Assembly (NCBI GenBank): GCA_012295275.1
Contig: CM022670.1
Coordinates: 7,688,001-7,752,000, forward strand
DNA from: Chrysomallon squamiferum
Lineage: Eukaryota > Animalia > Mollusca
Direction: 5' to 3'
Length of the DNA: 64,000 nucleotides
Shown here piece after piece: positions 26,861 through 38,979 of the stretch. The notes beneath the pieces were generated by a model. It did not search any database. It worked only from the letters and a program-made list of their open reading frames with translations, and was not told the origin of the DNA. Position numbers and translations under genes: made by a program. Within the stretch, counting starts at the first letter, position 1. The number at the start of each line of letters is the position of its first letter.

Positions 26861-27429
26861 TACATACATACACATATACACATTCACACACATACATACC
26901 TATATATGCATACACACATATATGTACACACATGTATCTACTTTACATACTTGTACAACATTATGTTAATTTTAATTTTTTCAAAATATTGTTCAGCAAA
27001 CTGCACAATAATAGTAAAGCCAATACTTGCTTTAGCTTTAAATAAACTGCTTGTAAAGAATGTTGTGAGAAAAAAAAAAGTGGGCATAAAAAATCAAAAG
27101 TTATATAATTATCCCATATTTCTGGGTTTCTAAACCGATATATATTTGTATATTGAGATTGTATTATCTGCATGTTTCTATTTTGTCCTATTTTATTTTT
27201 AGTGATACAAAGGGAAACCGGTTTCATTTAATCATGACTACTGCTGAGCAGAAAAAAAAAATTAGAAGAAAAAAAGATAATAATAGTGTGTCAGAGAGAA
27301 AAAAGGAGAAAAATCAGAAACACTGATCTGACAAATAGCTTTGAAAACATATTAAAACAATTCTTTAAAAATGTCTAGTTTCATTTAAGAAATGTTTTAT
27401 CTCTCTCACTTATAGTTAAAACAACTCAT

Positions 27430-27550
27430 CTGTTTTGTGCTCTTTTTACCGTATCTGTAACAGTTGTCAAAGTGCTGGCAATTGTTTGAAGCTGCATTGT
27501 ACTTAGCAAAAGTTTCGTGTCCATCTTTCGATTTTACTCTCTTCGCAGTT
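27430..27550 (-). pseudogene. PLAAT-like exon-3 remnant
   Basis: TAKRVKSKDGHETFAKYNAASNNCQHFDNCYRYGKKSTKQ; donor mutated to ATGAGT; no acceptor or upstream exons. Confidence 0.8.
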
Positions 27551-27842
27551 CTTTAGTTTTATTTTGTTCTTTCTTTTTCGTCTCTCTTTTTTCTTTTTCT
27601 TTCTTCCTCTGTTTGTCTCTCAAATAGACATTCAAAGTTAATTAACTTTTTGATCTTTTATTTTTTAAATATTTAGTTAAAAAATGGGTAGAATTTAAAT
27701 AACTAGTTCTTCAAAATGTTTAAATAATAATAAAATATGTATATATTATTAACAAAAGCTAGAATTAGACAGACAAAATGAAAAAGAAACTTTTAGCTAA
27801 TTCTGTTCAAAAATGGTGTCTAACACAAAACTGTCTCTGTAA

Positions 27843-27998
27843 TTAGTGGAATGTTCCTATAATTCTGGAAGCAAAGAGGGATAATATTCCGCTTCACGTC
27901 GCTGCAGACCCTGTTCATGCAGACAGTGCACCTAGCGCGGCAGATCCAGAACCAGCTGATCCTAATAAAGCTGCTGTTGTAGCTCCCACTGATGCTAC
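27843..27998 (-). pseudogene. PLAAT-like orphan exon 4 with intron-3 remnant (exons 1-3 deleted)
   Basis: VASVGATTAALLGSAGSGSAALGALSA*TGSAAT*SGILSLFASRIIGTFH*; colinear with copy-3 exon 4 (156 nt); acceptor CAG>CAT; two internal TGA. Confidence 0.85.
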
Positions 27999-29909
27999 AT
28001 GTTAAAAAAAATGGATCTTCTGATAGTTTTAACTGAAGTATCAGTTTTGTTAAATTACAAAAACACTGCAGCAGCTTAGTTACGCGTTGTATCACTACTG
28101 GTAAACAAAATATTTCCAGTAATGAAGATAGATAGAAAACATTAAATACATGAGTATTACACCACACCCTGACCTTTTCAACATCCTATCTATACATCTT
28201 GTGTCACTGTGGTAATCCACAGAAGTATTTTCTAGCATTAAGGATGGTATTATCTACATGTGTGTACTTTGTCCTATTGCCTTTTAATCAATCAAGCAAA
28301 CTCGTTCTCATTTAGTTATGACTACTTCTGAATGAGATCACAGAGGAAAAATAATAATAACTTGTACAAGAAAAAAAAAGGAGAAAATTATACAAAATAT
28401 TATATTAAGTCAAAAGTACTGATCTCGTAGAAATCTATTTTTAACAGCATAAACAAAATTTCTTTAAAAATGAAATATGATTAACACAAGTGATAAAGGT
28501 TTGGCCTTGAACAAAAATACATTGTCCTTTCCCCACGGAGTTTCTGTTGTAGTCAACGGAAAATTACCCACTTCTATACGTCATTCTGTTACTTGGGTAT
28601 CCAGGTACGGTTATATATATTTTTTTGTATAGAAATACAATCTTAATAGCCCTACTCACACACCCTTATGTACGTGTGTATGTGTGTGTGTGCTTCTATG
28701 TATGTATATGTGAGAGTGTATGGATGTGTTTATGCACTTCTGTGTATATCTGTATGTTTATATGTAAATACCAAGGATATAAATTCAAGAAGGTTTTATT
28801 CATTCTTGAAATAAATACTGTAAACAATCTTTTGCTAATGCAGACATTATTGAAGTCTGGGTTGTTACTTACATACACGACTTAACATAACCTAAACGTA
28901 ACTAACATTACAATGGTCAACTTTAAGTCAACTCGAACCTAGAGACAGATTTAGAAAATGATTAATTTTTTTAATAAAAAACAAAAATGTCCTTTAATTC
29001 TTAAATACATACATACATACACACAGATCCATATATTATTCATTTATTGATTAGGATCTGGTACGCAGTAAATTAAAGTAATAAAATTTTCCTAGAAGCT
29101 TCTACCTGGAAAACTTTCTTCTTTGTGTGAATTTCCTAGTAGCATAGCTCTGACGTCACAAATTATTCGTTTGACCTAGAAAATTGCTAGCTATTTTTAT
29201 TAGGCTCGTGCATTTCTCGGAAATCGTCTTTTCTTTATAGTTTATCGTGATCTCTTTGTTTCGCGGAATTGTCACATATCTCACTGCAGCAGAATTTGCA
29301 TTTATGTTCATTCAACCAAAAACAACTAGTCAAGTGTGACGAAACTATATTTTATATTTCTTTACACTAACTGAATATAATTTATTTCTTAATAGAGGAA
29401 GGCAGTTTCACACAAATATGCATACATACATATACATACATACATACGTACATACATACATACATATATATATCCATACATAGATACATACACACACATA
29501 TATACCTACATATGCATACGCACGCATATATCTACTTTACATGCTTGTACTCTAATAATGACGGTTTAAATGTTTACATGGTATAAAGCACACACAAATA
29601 TTAATTTAAATTTTAATTTTAATTTTTCCTCTTCTAAATATTGTACAGCAAACTGCACAGTAATAGTAAAGCCAATATTTGCCTTAGTTTTAAATACACT
29701 GCTTGAAAAGAATGTTGTGAAAAAAAGAAAAGAAAACGCTATGCAAATGTGGCCATAAAAGATCAAAAGTTATATAATTAACGCATAATGGGTTTCCCAA
29801 ACCATACATATCTTTATATTAAGATTAAAAAAAAAAAAAAAGAAAAAAAAAGAATAGCGTAAAAGCTGATTACTTTAAAAACAAAGTCACGGAGAAAACT
29901 CTCTCTGCA

Positions 29910-30656
29910 CTAGGATAATTCCTGTAATGGTCCTTCAGCTTTAGAAGTAAACTGTGATGACTCTACGCTCGAAATCGCTGTCGCTGCTGTAGATGTTGAT
30001 GATAATCCTTTCATTTTTCATTCTGAATCAAATACGCCGAATACACTAGCTGCAGCTTTTCCCACTGTTGTTACGTTTTAAAACGAAAAGATCCTGCGGT
30101 AGCCACTTACTGCATTATCGGTTTTTTTTAAATCACAGAAAGCGGCCTGAATTCAAAATGTTTGCAATAATGAATACAAACAGCAAAACATATAAATACA
30201 AGACTACCATGACGTGCCGTTCACCAATCTAGAGCCCTGTTATATACAAGAGAAGCAGTTTTATAGGCTTGGAGCTGCGGTTTCGTTATTATTGTATAAT
30301 AATGCACTCAGTGTTATTTGTGAAACCATTCATCATTAGCCTCTGTCGAAATGTGTATCTACAACATATTCTAATATTAAACATTGTATGGTCATCATGT
30401 CTGAATTTTGTCCTATCTACAGTATATTTTACAATTAAAAAATGTATGGTCTTCATGTTTCTGTTTTGTCCTATTTTTTATTTTATTTTATTTTATTTTG
30501 TTTTCTCTCTCACTATTAGTCAAAATAGCTCATCTATTCTGTGCTCTTTTTAGCATATCTGCACCGGTTGTCAAAGTTGTCGCAGATACTGAAGCAATAT
30601 TGTATTTACCAAAAATTTCATGTCCAACTTTAGACTTTTACTCTCTTCACAGTTTC
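29910..30656 (-). pseudogene. PLAAT-like pseudogene (exon-3 and exon-4 remnants)
   Basis: Exon-4-like 30074-29910 VTTVGKAAASVFGVFDSE*KMKGLSSTSTAATAISSVESSQFTSKAEGPLQELS*; decayed exon-3-like 30656-30534; splice sites lost. Confidence 0.75.
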
Positions 30657-31931
30657 GTTAGTTTTATTTCTTAGGTCTTATTTTTGCTCTTGCTTTTTCA
30701 TCTCTCTTTTTTCTTTTTCTTTTTTCCTCTGTCTGTCACCCAAAGCGTCTGTCATTGCTCTGTTCTTCATTTTTCTTTCTCACAATGTTAAGTAAGACAA
30801 TACTATTGAAGTCAGTTTTGTTCAGTATTTCTTTAAAAAAAAAAAAAAAAAATAGAAATGTTCTTACATTATTTTTATTTGTTTACTTTTTATTTATTTA
30901 GATTTCTAAAGATAACGCTGTAAAAGAAATACGTTTCATTAAAGTACCGTCATTTTCCTTAATAATTTGACAACCGTTTGTCACAGGTCACCGAGTTTTG
31001 ACCTCGTAATGTAAACACATATCCCGTTTCCCTTTGTATCGCAGTCAACGGAAAACTATCTACTTCCATACGTTATTCTGTTCCTCAGGAATTTACGTTG
31101 GGTTATATTTGTTCGTTTCAGATCAGTAAATCCATTATTAATACCCCTTCTCAAAGAATTATTCACATGTTATGTCCATGTATGAATATATAATTTAAAA
31201 AAACCCATAAAAACAAACAAACAAAAAACAAACAACTTATCCATAAACACATAAGATTTAAAATGAGTCAACAACCTTAAATAGTCAAACAATGTTTTAT
31301 TCTTGGTCGGTTTTAACGTTTACAAGACATAAAGAATACACATACCTGCCATTAAAACATTTTAACTTTTCTTTTTCACAATATTGTTCAGTAACCCGCA
31401 CAGTTCTATATTTATATTTTCTAACTTAAAGGAATCAAATTAAAAGAAAACGTCAACAAAAAAAAGTGTACAAGGTTTTCAGCCAATATTGATAAATAAG
31501 TTAATTGAAGAAATTGTTTGTGGATAAAGAAAATTACATTTAAAAAAAAACTAAAAACATTCTAGTTTCATTAAAAATTTATAGTTAGTTTTTAACTGAA
31601 TGAAAGGTACAACATTTAAAATAATTAATAAAGCACAATTAGTCAAAATGACGTGTAAAGTTAATTGACTTTTTGATCTTTTATTTTTTAAATATTTCGT
31701 TAAAACTCAGTAGAATTTGAATTGTTCCTGTTATTACATAAAAATAACACAAGCAAACAAAGGCTTCAGGTAAAAAGCAAATAACTAGTTCTTCAAACGT
31801 TTTAAATGATAATAATGTGTACATACATTTAACAAAAGCTGGATTAGTCAGACAAAACGAAAACAGGAACATTTAGCTAATTATTTTCGAAAATAGTGTC
31901 AAATTACTGGAAACTGTAATTACTGGAATGA

Positions 31932-33379
31932 TCATGATTTTCTGGAAGCAAAGCGTGATGCTTTTTCGCTTGATCCCATTGCAAGCCCTGCTAATGCAGT
32001 CGGTGCTCCATCTGTGGCAGCTTGAAAAGCAAATTTTCCTAAAGATTCTAACGCGCTCAGTCCCGCTGCTGCTACCTGTTAAAAAAAAAGGATCTTCTGA
32101 TAGTTTTAACTGATCTATTTACTGCAGTATCAGTTTTGTTAACTTACGAAAACACTGCAGCAGCTTAGTTACGCGTTGTATCAGTACTGGTAAAAAAATG
32201 GTTCAAGTAATGACAATAGATAGAAAATATTAAATACATAAGTATTACAACACACCCTGATCTTTTCAACATCCTATCTACACATCTTGTGTCATTGTTG
32301 TAATCAACAGAAGTATTTTCTAATACACAAGATAGTATTATCTACATGTTTGTACGTTGCCCTATTTTCTTTTTAGTCAATCAAGCAAAAATCAGTCTCA
32401 TTCAGTTATGACTACTTCTAAATGGGAACACAGAGGAAAAATAATAATAATTTGTACAAGAAAAAACACTGAGAAAATTATACAAAATATTACATTAAGT
32501 GAAAAATACTGATCTCACAGATATATATTCTTAAAAGCACAAACAAAATTTCTTTAAAAATCTTTGTTTTGATCGTGACATCTATCATTTAAGTTAAAAT
32601 ACCTGTCTACTGGCTTTATAATCGTATCTGCACCAGTTGGCGAAGTGTTCGCAGTTGTTTGTAGCAACATTGTATTCACCAAACTTTCTATTTCCAACTT
32701 TTGATCTTGCTCTCTTAACAATTTCTTCTTTGCTAAATGGACTGCACATACATGTAAGAAATGTAACTGTTAGTTTTAACTGCTTCATAAATTGTTATAT
32801 CTTAAAACAAGTTACAAACATCGTTATTGCTAAATATTTTACATGAAAAATTTGATTGCTGTTAGAGGTTCTTTATTCAGGTAATATATACACCGAAGTC
32901 TGATGGGATTGGACTGTTCAAAACACGGACATCTATATTAAAATACTTTTAATACTTATTTGTCTATCTTTTTTTTTTTTAAATCTGTCTAAAACTCTAC
33001 GATGAAACAAAATAATATTTGACAGTTACCTTTCCCTAGAATCAACCTTATACGACGACTGACCACAAACAATTTCAAAATCTTCTTCTCTAATAATGCT
33101 GTCATTTGTAAGGTGAACAACTTTTCCATCTCTGGGGAAAAAGAAAAAAATAAAACGATAAGTCATAGATACACGACATAATGATATGTGAAGGTTATGA
33201 ACAGAGATTCAGTTATTTGTATATATCTATATCCATATATACATATACATATACATATATATTTATGCAGTATGTATGTATAAAACAGCAAACCATTATA
33301 ATGTAATCTCACCAACAAACACGGCATAATGATCAATATTGGTGCGTTTGAATATTATTATATCTCCTGGTTCTGGCAT
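31932..33379 (-). CDS. LRAT/PLAAT-like protein, copy 5 (~149 aa; possibly a young pseudogene)
   Basis: Exons 33379-33313, 33129 (or 33131)-33030, 32741-32603, 32075-31932. Triad intact (DHYAVFV, VVHL, NNCEHF). The exon-2 acceptor has lost 1 nt relative to copy 3 (ccccagAGATGG), so it is in frame only via the distal AG. TGA at 31932-31934 lies four codons before the ancestral TAA. Confidence 0.7.
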
Positions 33380-34643
33380 TGTTGATTTAAGTTGGACTAT
33401 TTTCCAAGTTACCTCGTGAATGAAACGTATGATAAACTTTGTATGTCAGCTTGTTAGTTTGAGATCTTTTGAAACTGAAATTCTTCCTGCTTCTAAAGAA
33501 TACAACTGACATGTATGAAACCTCAACTTGAAGTGTCAAAGGTGAAAGATGACTCAGCACGAATTTTCTTTTATTATTTATTTATATATTTAGTTATTAA
33601 AAGATAACGCAAATAAAATATATTAAATTAAAGTAGCATCATTTTAATATCTGTTTATGTAGTAAAAGCATTTTCTTGGAAATCGCTGTTCACAAGTCAC
33701 AAAGATTTGGCCTTGAATAAAAATAGATTTCTCGTTCCTAATTGATTTTGTATTGCGGTCAAAGGAAAATTACCTTTTTCTATAAGTCACTCTATTACAC
33801 AGGTATCCAGGTTAAGTTATATTTATAGCCCCACCCACACACACACAGTTGTGGGTATGTGTATGTATATTTGTGTGTATGTATAAATGTCGTATGTGAG
33901 TGTGTATGTGTTTTTGTATTTTTCTGTATATCTGTGTATATAATGTATGTATATATGTGTTTGTATATATATTTATATATGTATTTCTGTGTGTAACTAT
34001 TTTTACTTTTGTTATTGTTTTTATTGCTTGTTGTTATTCTTGCTATCTTTTTTCTTATTGTTGTTGCTGTTGTTATTATTAATAATATTATTATTATTAT
34101 TTATTGTTATTATAGCTGTATACTAATTAATATTACATTTGAAAGCTTTCTAACGTTTCTTAATTACACAATTTCTTTTATATTTTTTCACGTATATGTG
34201 TGTTTGGGTGTGTGTGCACACACACACCACACACACATAACCCGATTGTTAAATCATGTTTTTACTTTTCTGAAATGATAAGAAAAAATTTATGTAATTT
34301 ACCCTCATTTATTTACTTCTTTTTTTTCTTTTTGTAATGGATGTATTTCACGTTCCACTGCGCATCTGCCCGTTGTTGGGTAATTGGAGGAGGCAGTTGA
34401 TTTTGTATTGTAGTCAAAGGAAAATTACCTGCTTCTATATGTCACTCTGTTACACAGGTATCCAGGTTAAGTTATATTTATAGCCCCACCCACACACACA
34501 CAGTTATATACATATGCATGTATGTGTGTATGGGATGTGTGTGTCTATGTTTGTACGTATGTATAAATGTCGTGTGTGTGTATGTATGTGTTTATGTATT
34601 TTTATGTATATATGTATGTATTTATGTATGCATATGTGTGTCG

Positions 34644-34683
<40 letters not shown>

Positions 34684-35233
34684 TTCTGTGTATAACTATT
34701 TTTGCTTTTATTATATTTATATTTATTATTATTTTTATTACTGTCGTTATTCTTGTTATTCTTTTTTCTTCTTGTTGTTGTTTCTTTTGTATTTTGTCAC
34801 GTATATACATCTATAAATACACACACACATAACGCGATTTTTAAATAATGTTTCTAAAGTATATTTACTTTTCTGTAATGATAAAAAATACTTTATGTAA
34901 TATTATAATTATTTATCACTTTTAAATTATTTATATATCTTTTAATAACATATATTTTTATTTAAACTATTTTACAGTCTATTTAGCGTGCCTAGACCAC
35001 CTGAATACATAATTCAAACCACTATAGTCATTTGACACTCTTTATAAATAATGAGCGAATCTGATTTAGAATAATTAAATATTTCAGTTAGAAGAATACG
35101 TACAGTTGGTTGTACATTCTTATAAACCATAACTAACAAAACACCACAGCAGTTATTTTTTATTTTTGACATCATTTTTTAACGTACCAAGTTTAATTTC
35201 TATTGTATTAAAATGTATTTTTATTGAATATTC

Positions 35234-35274
<41 letters not shown>

Positions 35275-37110
35275 TAATGGAGGTATTTCACATTCCAATG
35301 CGTATGTGCCCGTTGTTGGGTAAATCGAGGACGCAAATCGCGAGATCTCGCCAAAATAGCCCTACTTGCAAGCAAATTGGTGGGCAAAAGCAATCATGCT
35401 CTAATGGGAGGCCATGACCATTGCTCAGTTATTAACTCTTCTAGTCGCAAAAGTCCGGGAAATGCATACAGAAAACGTGTGTGGGTAATCGCTTCACATA
35501 GAAACGAAAACGATTTTAATGCTATTGCAAGCAAGAGGGTTTTAAGGTGGGAAGCCAGTGAGCAACAAGAAACATATAGACTATATACTCAACCTGAATA
35601 TGGGACAGGATATTGTCATAACACCTTGGATATCAAGTACAATAGTTTCAATTATGTTCTTAATTATTCGGTCTACCGCAACTAGTTGAGGTGTTTGTTG
35701 CGTGTAGTCATAAATACTTAGCATATAATGTTTATAAATATGTACGTGTTTTTCTGAGAACATGATTAAAGGTACAATCTTCAATATAACAGTTATATGT
35801 TACACCAAAATAAATGGTTTGTTTATAGAGTTTTTTTAAGCATAAAGTATGTATACTTGTGCGTGTTTGTCCTAATTACAGCGAACAGTATACTGTAATT
35901 AGACAGGTAACTGGTTTTAGCCAATAAGGAAATACGTTAGCTCACATTTCGTTAACCAGATTTAGTTAACCATGTTGCTGTATGTTTTGTTTGTTGAACA
36001 TAGTATGTGGTCATTGTTCGGTCAAAGATGTGTCTGCAACAAAGGTGTGAATAATTTGGCTGTAAATGGTATTTCTACAAAGACTTGCTGTACAAACAAG
36101 TGACTGCCAATGTTTGAAGTGCGTCTGTGGGGGATGAGCAGCTGCTACCCTTTCAATTATACTGTGTGTGTTTGTGTGTATATAAGCAAACAGGCTCCCA
36201 TTTTTGTATTTGGGGACGACAGGCTGGATAACAGCATTTATGTATAATAATATTATATTAAGTTTATGTATACATTTATACAGAAAAATATTATATGTAC
36301 ATGTATATAGCCTTTATATCATCTAATTCGAAATATGTACATGTTAGATGCCAAAGTTGAGAGGCTTCGTTATGTCGCCCATAACATCCTGTCTGTCACG
36401 CCCCTCAATTTTTAGATAGATTAGTTTCAGTCGAGTTTGTCAAGGGACGTTACTCTTCGCGCGAATGCGCAACAGCGGTGTGAAATATCTCCATTTACCT
36501 TACGTTTTGCTTTCAGTAGCTGCTGTATACTCAGTAACTCGTGCAATTTTGTTCAACTGACCGCGTGGAAAATCAATAACTCTACATCATTTTAAAAAAT
36601 AATTAAAATTTAATACGAACCCGAAAAACGTCAACATAGTAATGACTGCAGAACAATGGTTAACTGGCCATTTAATTTTATTAGAAAATATTACACTTGA
36701 AAATAGCTGAAATGTATTCTTATACCAAACAACCTAATCAGAAGGATGTAAAAGGAAGAGATTTGTTATAATTTCTGACTGTAAAAACATATTAAATTAT
36801 GTTGCTTTTTTCGGAAATATATATGACAAACAGATAAACAGATATACACACAGACAGACAGACAGACAGACAGGCAGGCAGGTAAATAGAATGATATATA
36901 GATTAATAGATAGAGAAATATAAAGGTAGATAGATAGATGGGTTTTAACTGTTGAAATGGTTATGAGTCTCTCTCTTTCTCTCTCCTTCGCTTGAAATAT
37001 GTCTTTATCTTTGTCTTTTTATTTGTCATTTTATGTTCATTTTTAAACGTACTGAGACGGCAATTTTTATGAAGATATATACTGATAAATTAGTTTTCAT
37101 TTTTTTTCTT
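32740..37110 (+). repeat. Segmental duplication, direct copy of ~14110-18300 (copy 3/copy 5 unit)
   Basis: Near-identical intron 2, exon 2, intron 1, promoter, THAP element and its flanks. Confidence 0.9.
35279..36492 (+). mobile_element. Second copy of the THAP/ISL2EU-like element (carried by segmental duplication)
   Basis: AT|GGAGGTATTTCACA...TGTGAAATATCTCC|AT; same flanks as 16605-17723; THAP ORF frameshifted and partly deleted. Confidence 0.8.
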
Positions 37111-37125
37111 ATTCTTCTTTTTCTT

Positions 37126-37224
<99 letters not shown>

Positions 37225-37302
37225 TAGTATGATGATGATGATGATTAATTACTAATGATGATTAAGGAACAAACACATTGAGTAGCGAAGCTCCAATGAC
37301 AG

Positions 37303-37308
37303 TTTATT
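37303..37308 (-). terminator. Candidate poly(A) signal for paramyosin
   Basis: AATAAA on the minus strand followed ~25 nt later by a GT-rich tract (TGTGTTTGTT); one of several candidates. Confidence 0.35.
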
Positions 37309-38839
37309 GACAATGCGAGGATAACATTTACATTGTACATTAACAAAAATTCATTCAGTATAGCAGATTGAAAGTGCATTTTATAGCAGCATGTGAAACA
37401 ACATTCTGTAGTAGACTTCGTTTCCTTATTTCAAACATGACCTTGTTAGTCTCGTTGTCACCTACACTCTTGTCTAAATAAAGCAACGGTAATGAGGTGA
37501 CCGAGACTAGACACAAACGTCAGCTGTAATATTTGAATCGTTTTTATTCGAAAACGAACTTTTTTTTTTTTTTTTTTTTTTAGTTTTTTGTAATATATAA
37601 TTCTTTACTTTTTTATATTTTTGATTCGGTTTATTAACAATTATGTTACAATCGCTTTGTCAGTCAAATAAAAACAAAAACAAAAAAAGAGAAAGCATCA
37701 TCAATGATGAAAAAAATGTACTTCCGTTAGCTTTCGTGAATTTCCGTTTCTCTAAATATAATAATTCGTATCCCAACGTTGAATAAATACAGTTCACAGA
37801 CAGACGGACGCAACATGGCACGCGCATGCGGACAAGAGCTAAACAGTCCAACCGATAATCTCTGCGTCTCTGTTTGACCCCTTCGTGTCACGGAGAGGCT
37901 GCCAGGTTTTCAGCAAAACCTGAATAAATATCACATGATTTTATACTTCAAAAATAAAGAAAGAAAATAAAAAATAAATATTGCACAAAAGACATGTTAA
38001 ATAATTACAATGAACAAGAGCAAATACATTCAGCCGTTTCTCTACATCTAGTAAAATAATATTTCCCTGGAAAGCCTTTAAACTTGCTTTATGGTTAATC
38101 CTCATCCGGGTTCTTTTTTCCACAGCTCTTGTCTCATCTTGGAAGACGTCTGACTGATGCATGTCGGGAAATATGTTCGTGGATTGTACTACTTTATTAA
38201 TTTTCTCTAATCGTGTCAGTTGTAGATCATCTACGGCAAAGAATCTTTCAAATGTTCCACGAAAGGAAAAACACAAACAGTTCCATTGTATATTGTCCAA
38301 ATACATTTAGCACATATATTGCTAACGCAGTCAACATTTTGCCATAAATATGAAAGTTAATTTACAATTTTTAATTTATTATTTATAATTTTAATTTTTA
38401 ATTTTTTTTTTTTTTTTATTTTTTTTTTTAATTTTTATTTATTTATTTATTCTGAATTCGGGACGTGGTCTACTGGGGAAAGAATGAACGGCATCTGAAA
38501 AGAGAGAAATAGTAATCATATAATGTTAGTTTTAGTAAAACTAATAATGAACTTAAATTAGTTTCATTTGAAATTTAAGACTGGAGCAGTGCGTCATATT
38601 TTGTTTATATTGTCTGAGAATGTCAATATAATTTTTATTTTTTTATTTTTTTAATATTTTTTTTTATACATATGAAGAAAGAAAGAAAGAAAAAAATACA
38701 GAAAGTAAAAGAAACGAAAGATTGAATAATTAAAGAAATAATAAAAAGTAATAATAAAGAAGAACAAAACAAGAATATAAGCAATTCACACGCGAAGAGA
38801 AATAATAAAACTGGATTATTCCCCTTTAGTGGAATGTGC

Positions 38840-38892
<53 letters not shown>

Positions 38893-38979
38893 TGTGTGTG
38901 TTTCGTTGTTTGTGTGAATTTGTCTATGTGTGTTTTTCACTGATAGTATAAGGCCAGAAGGAAAACACACCTATATAAT

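Noticed and set aside
311-33379. PLAAT copies as secreted venom phospholipases
   Set aside because: No N-terminal signal peptide; the ATG runs directly into the catalytic domain.
37941-38306. 121-aa ORF downstream of paramyosin
   Set aside because: No recognisable domain or convincing splice sites; probably 3' UTR.
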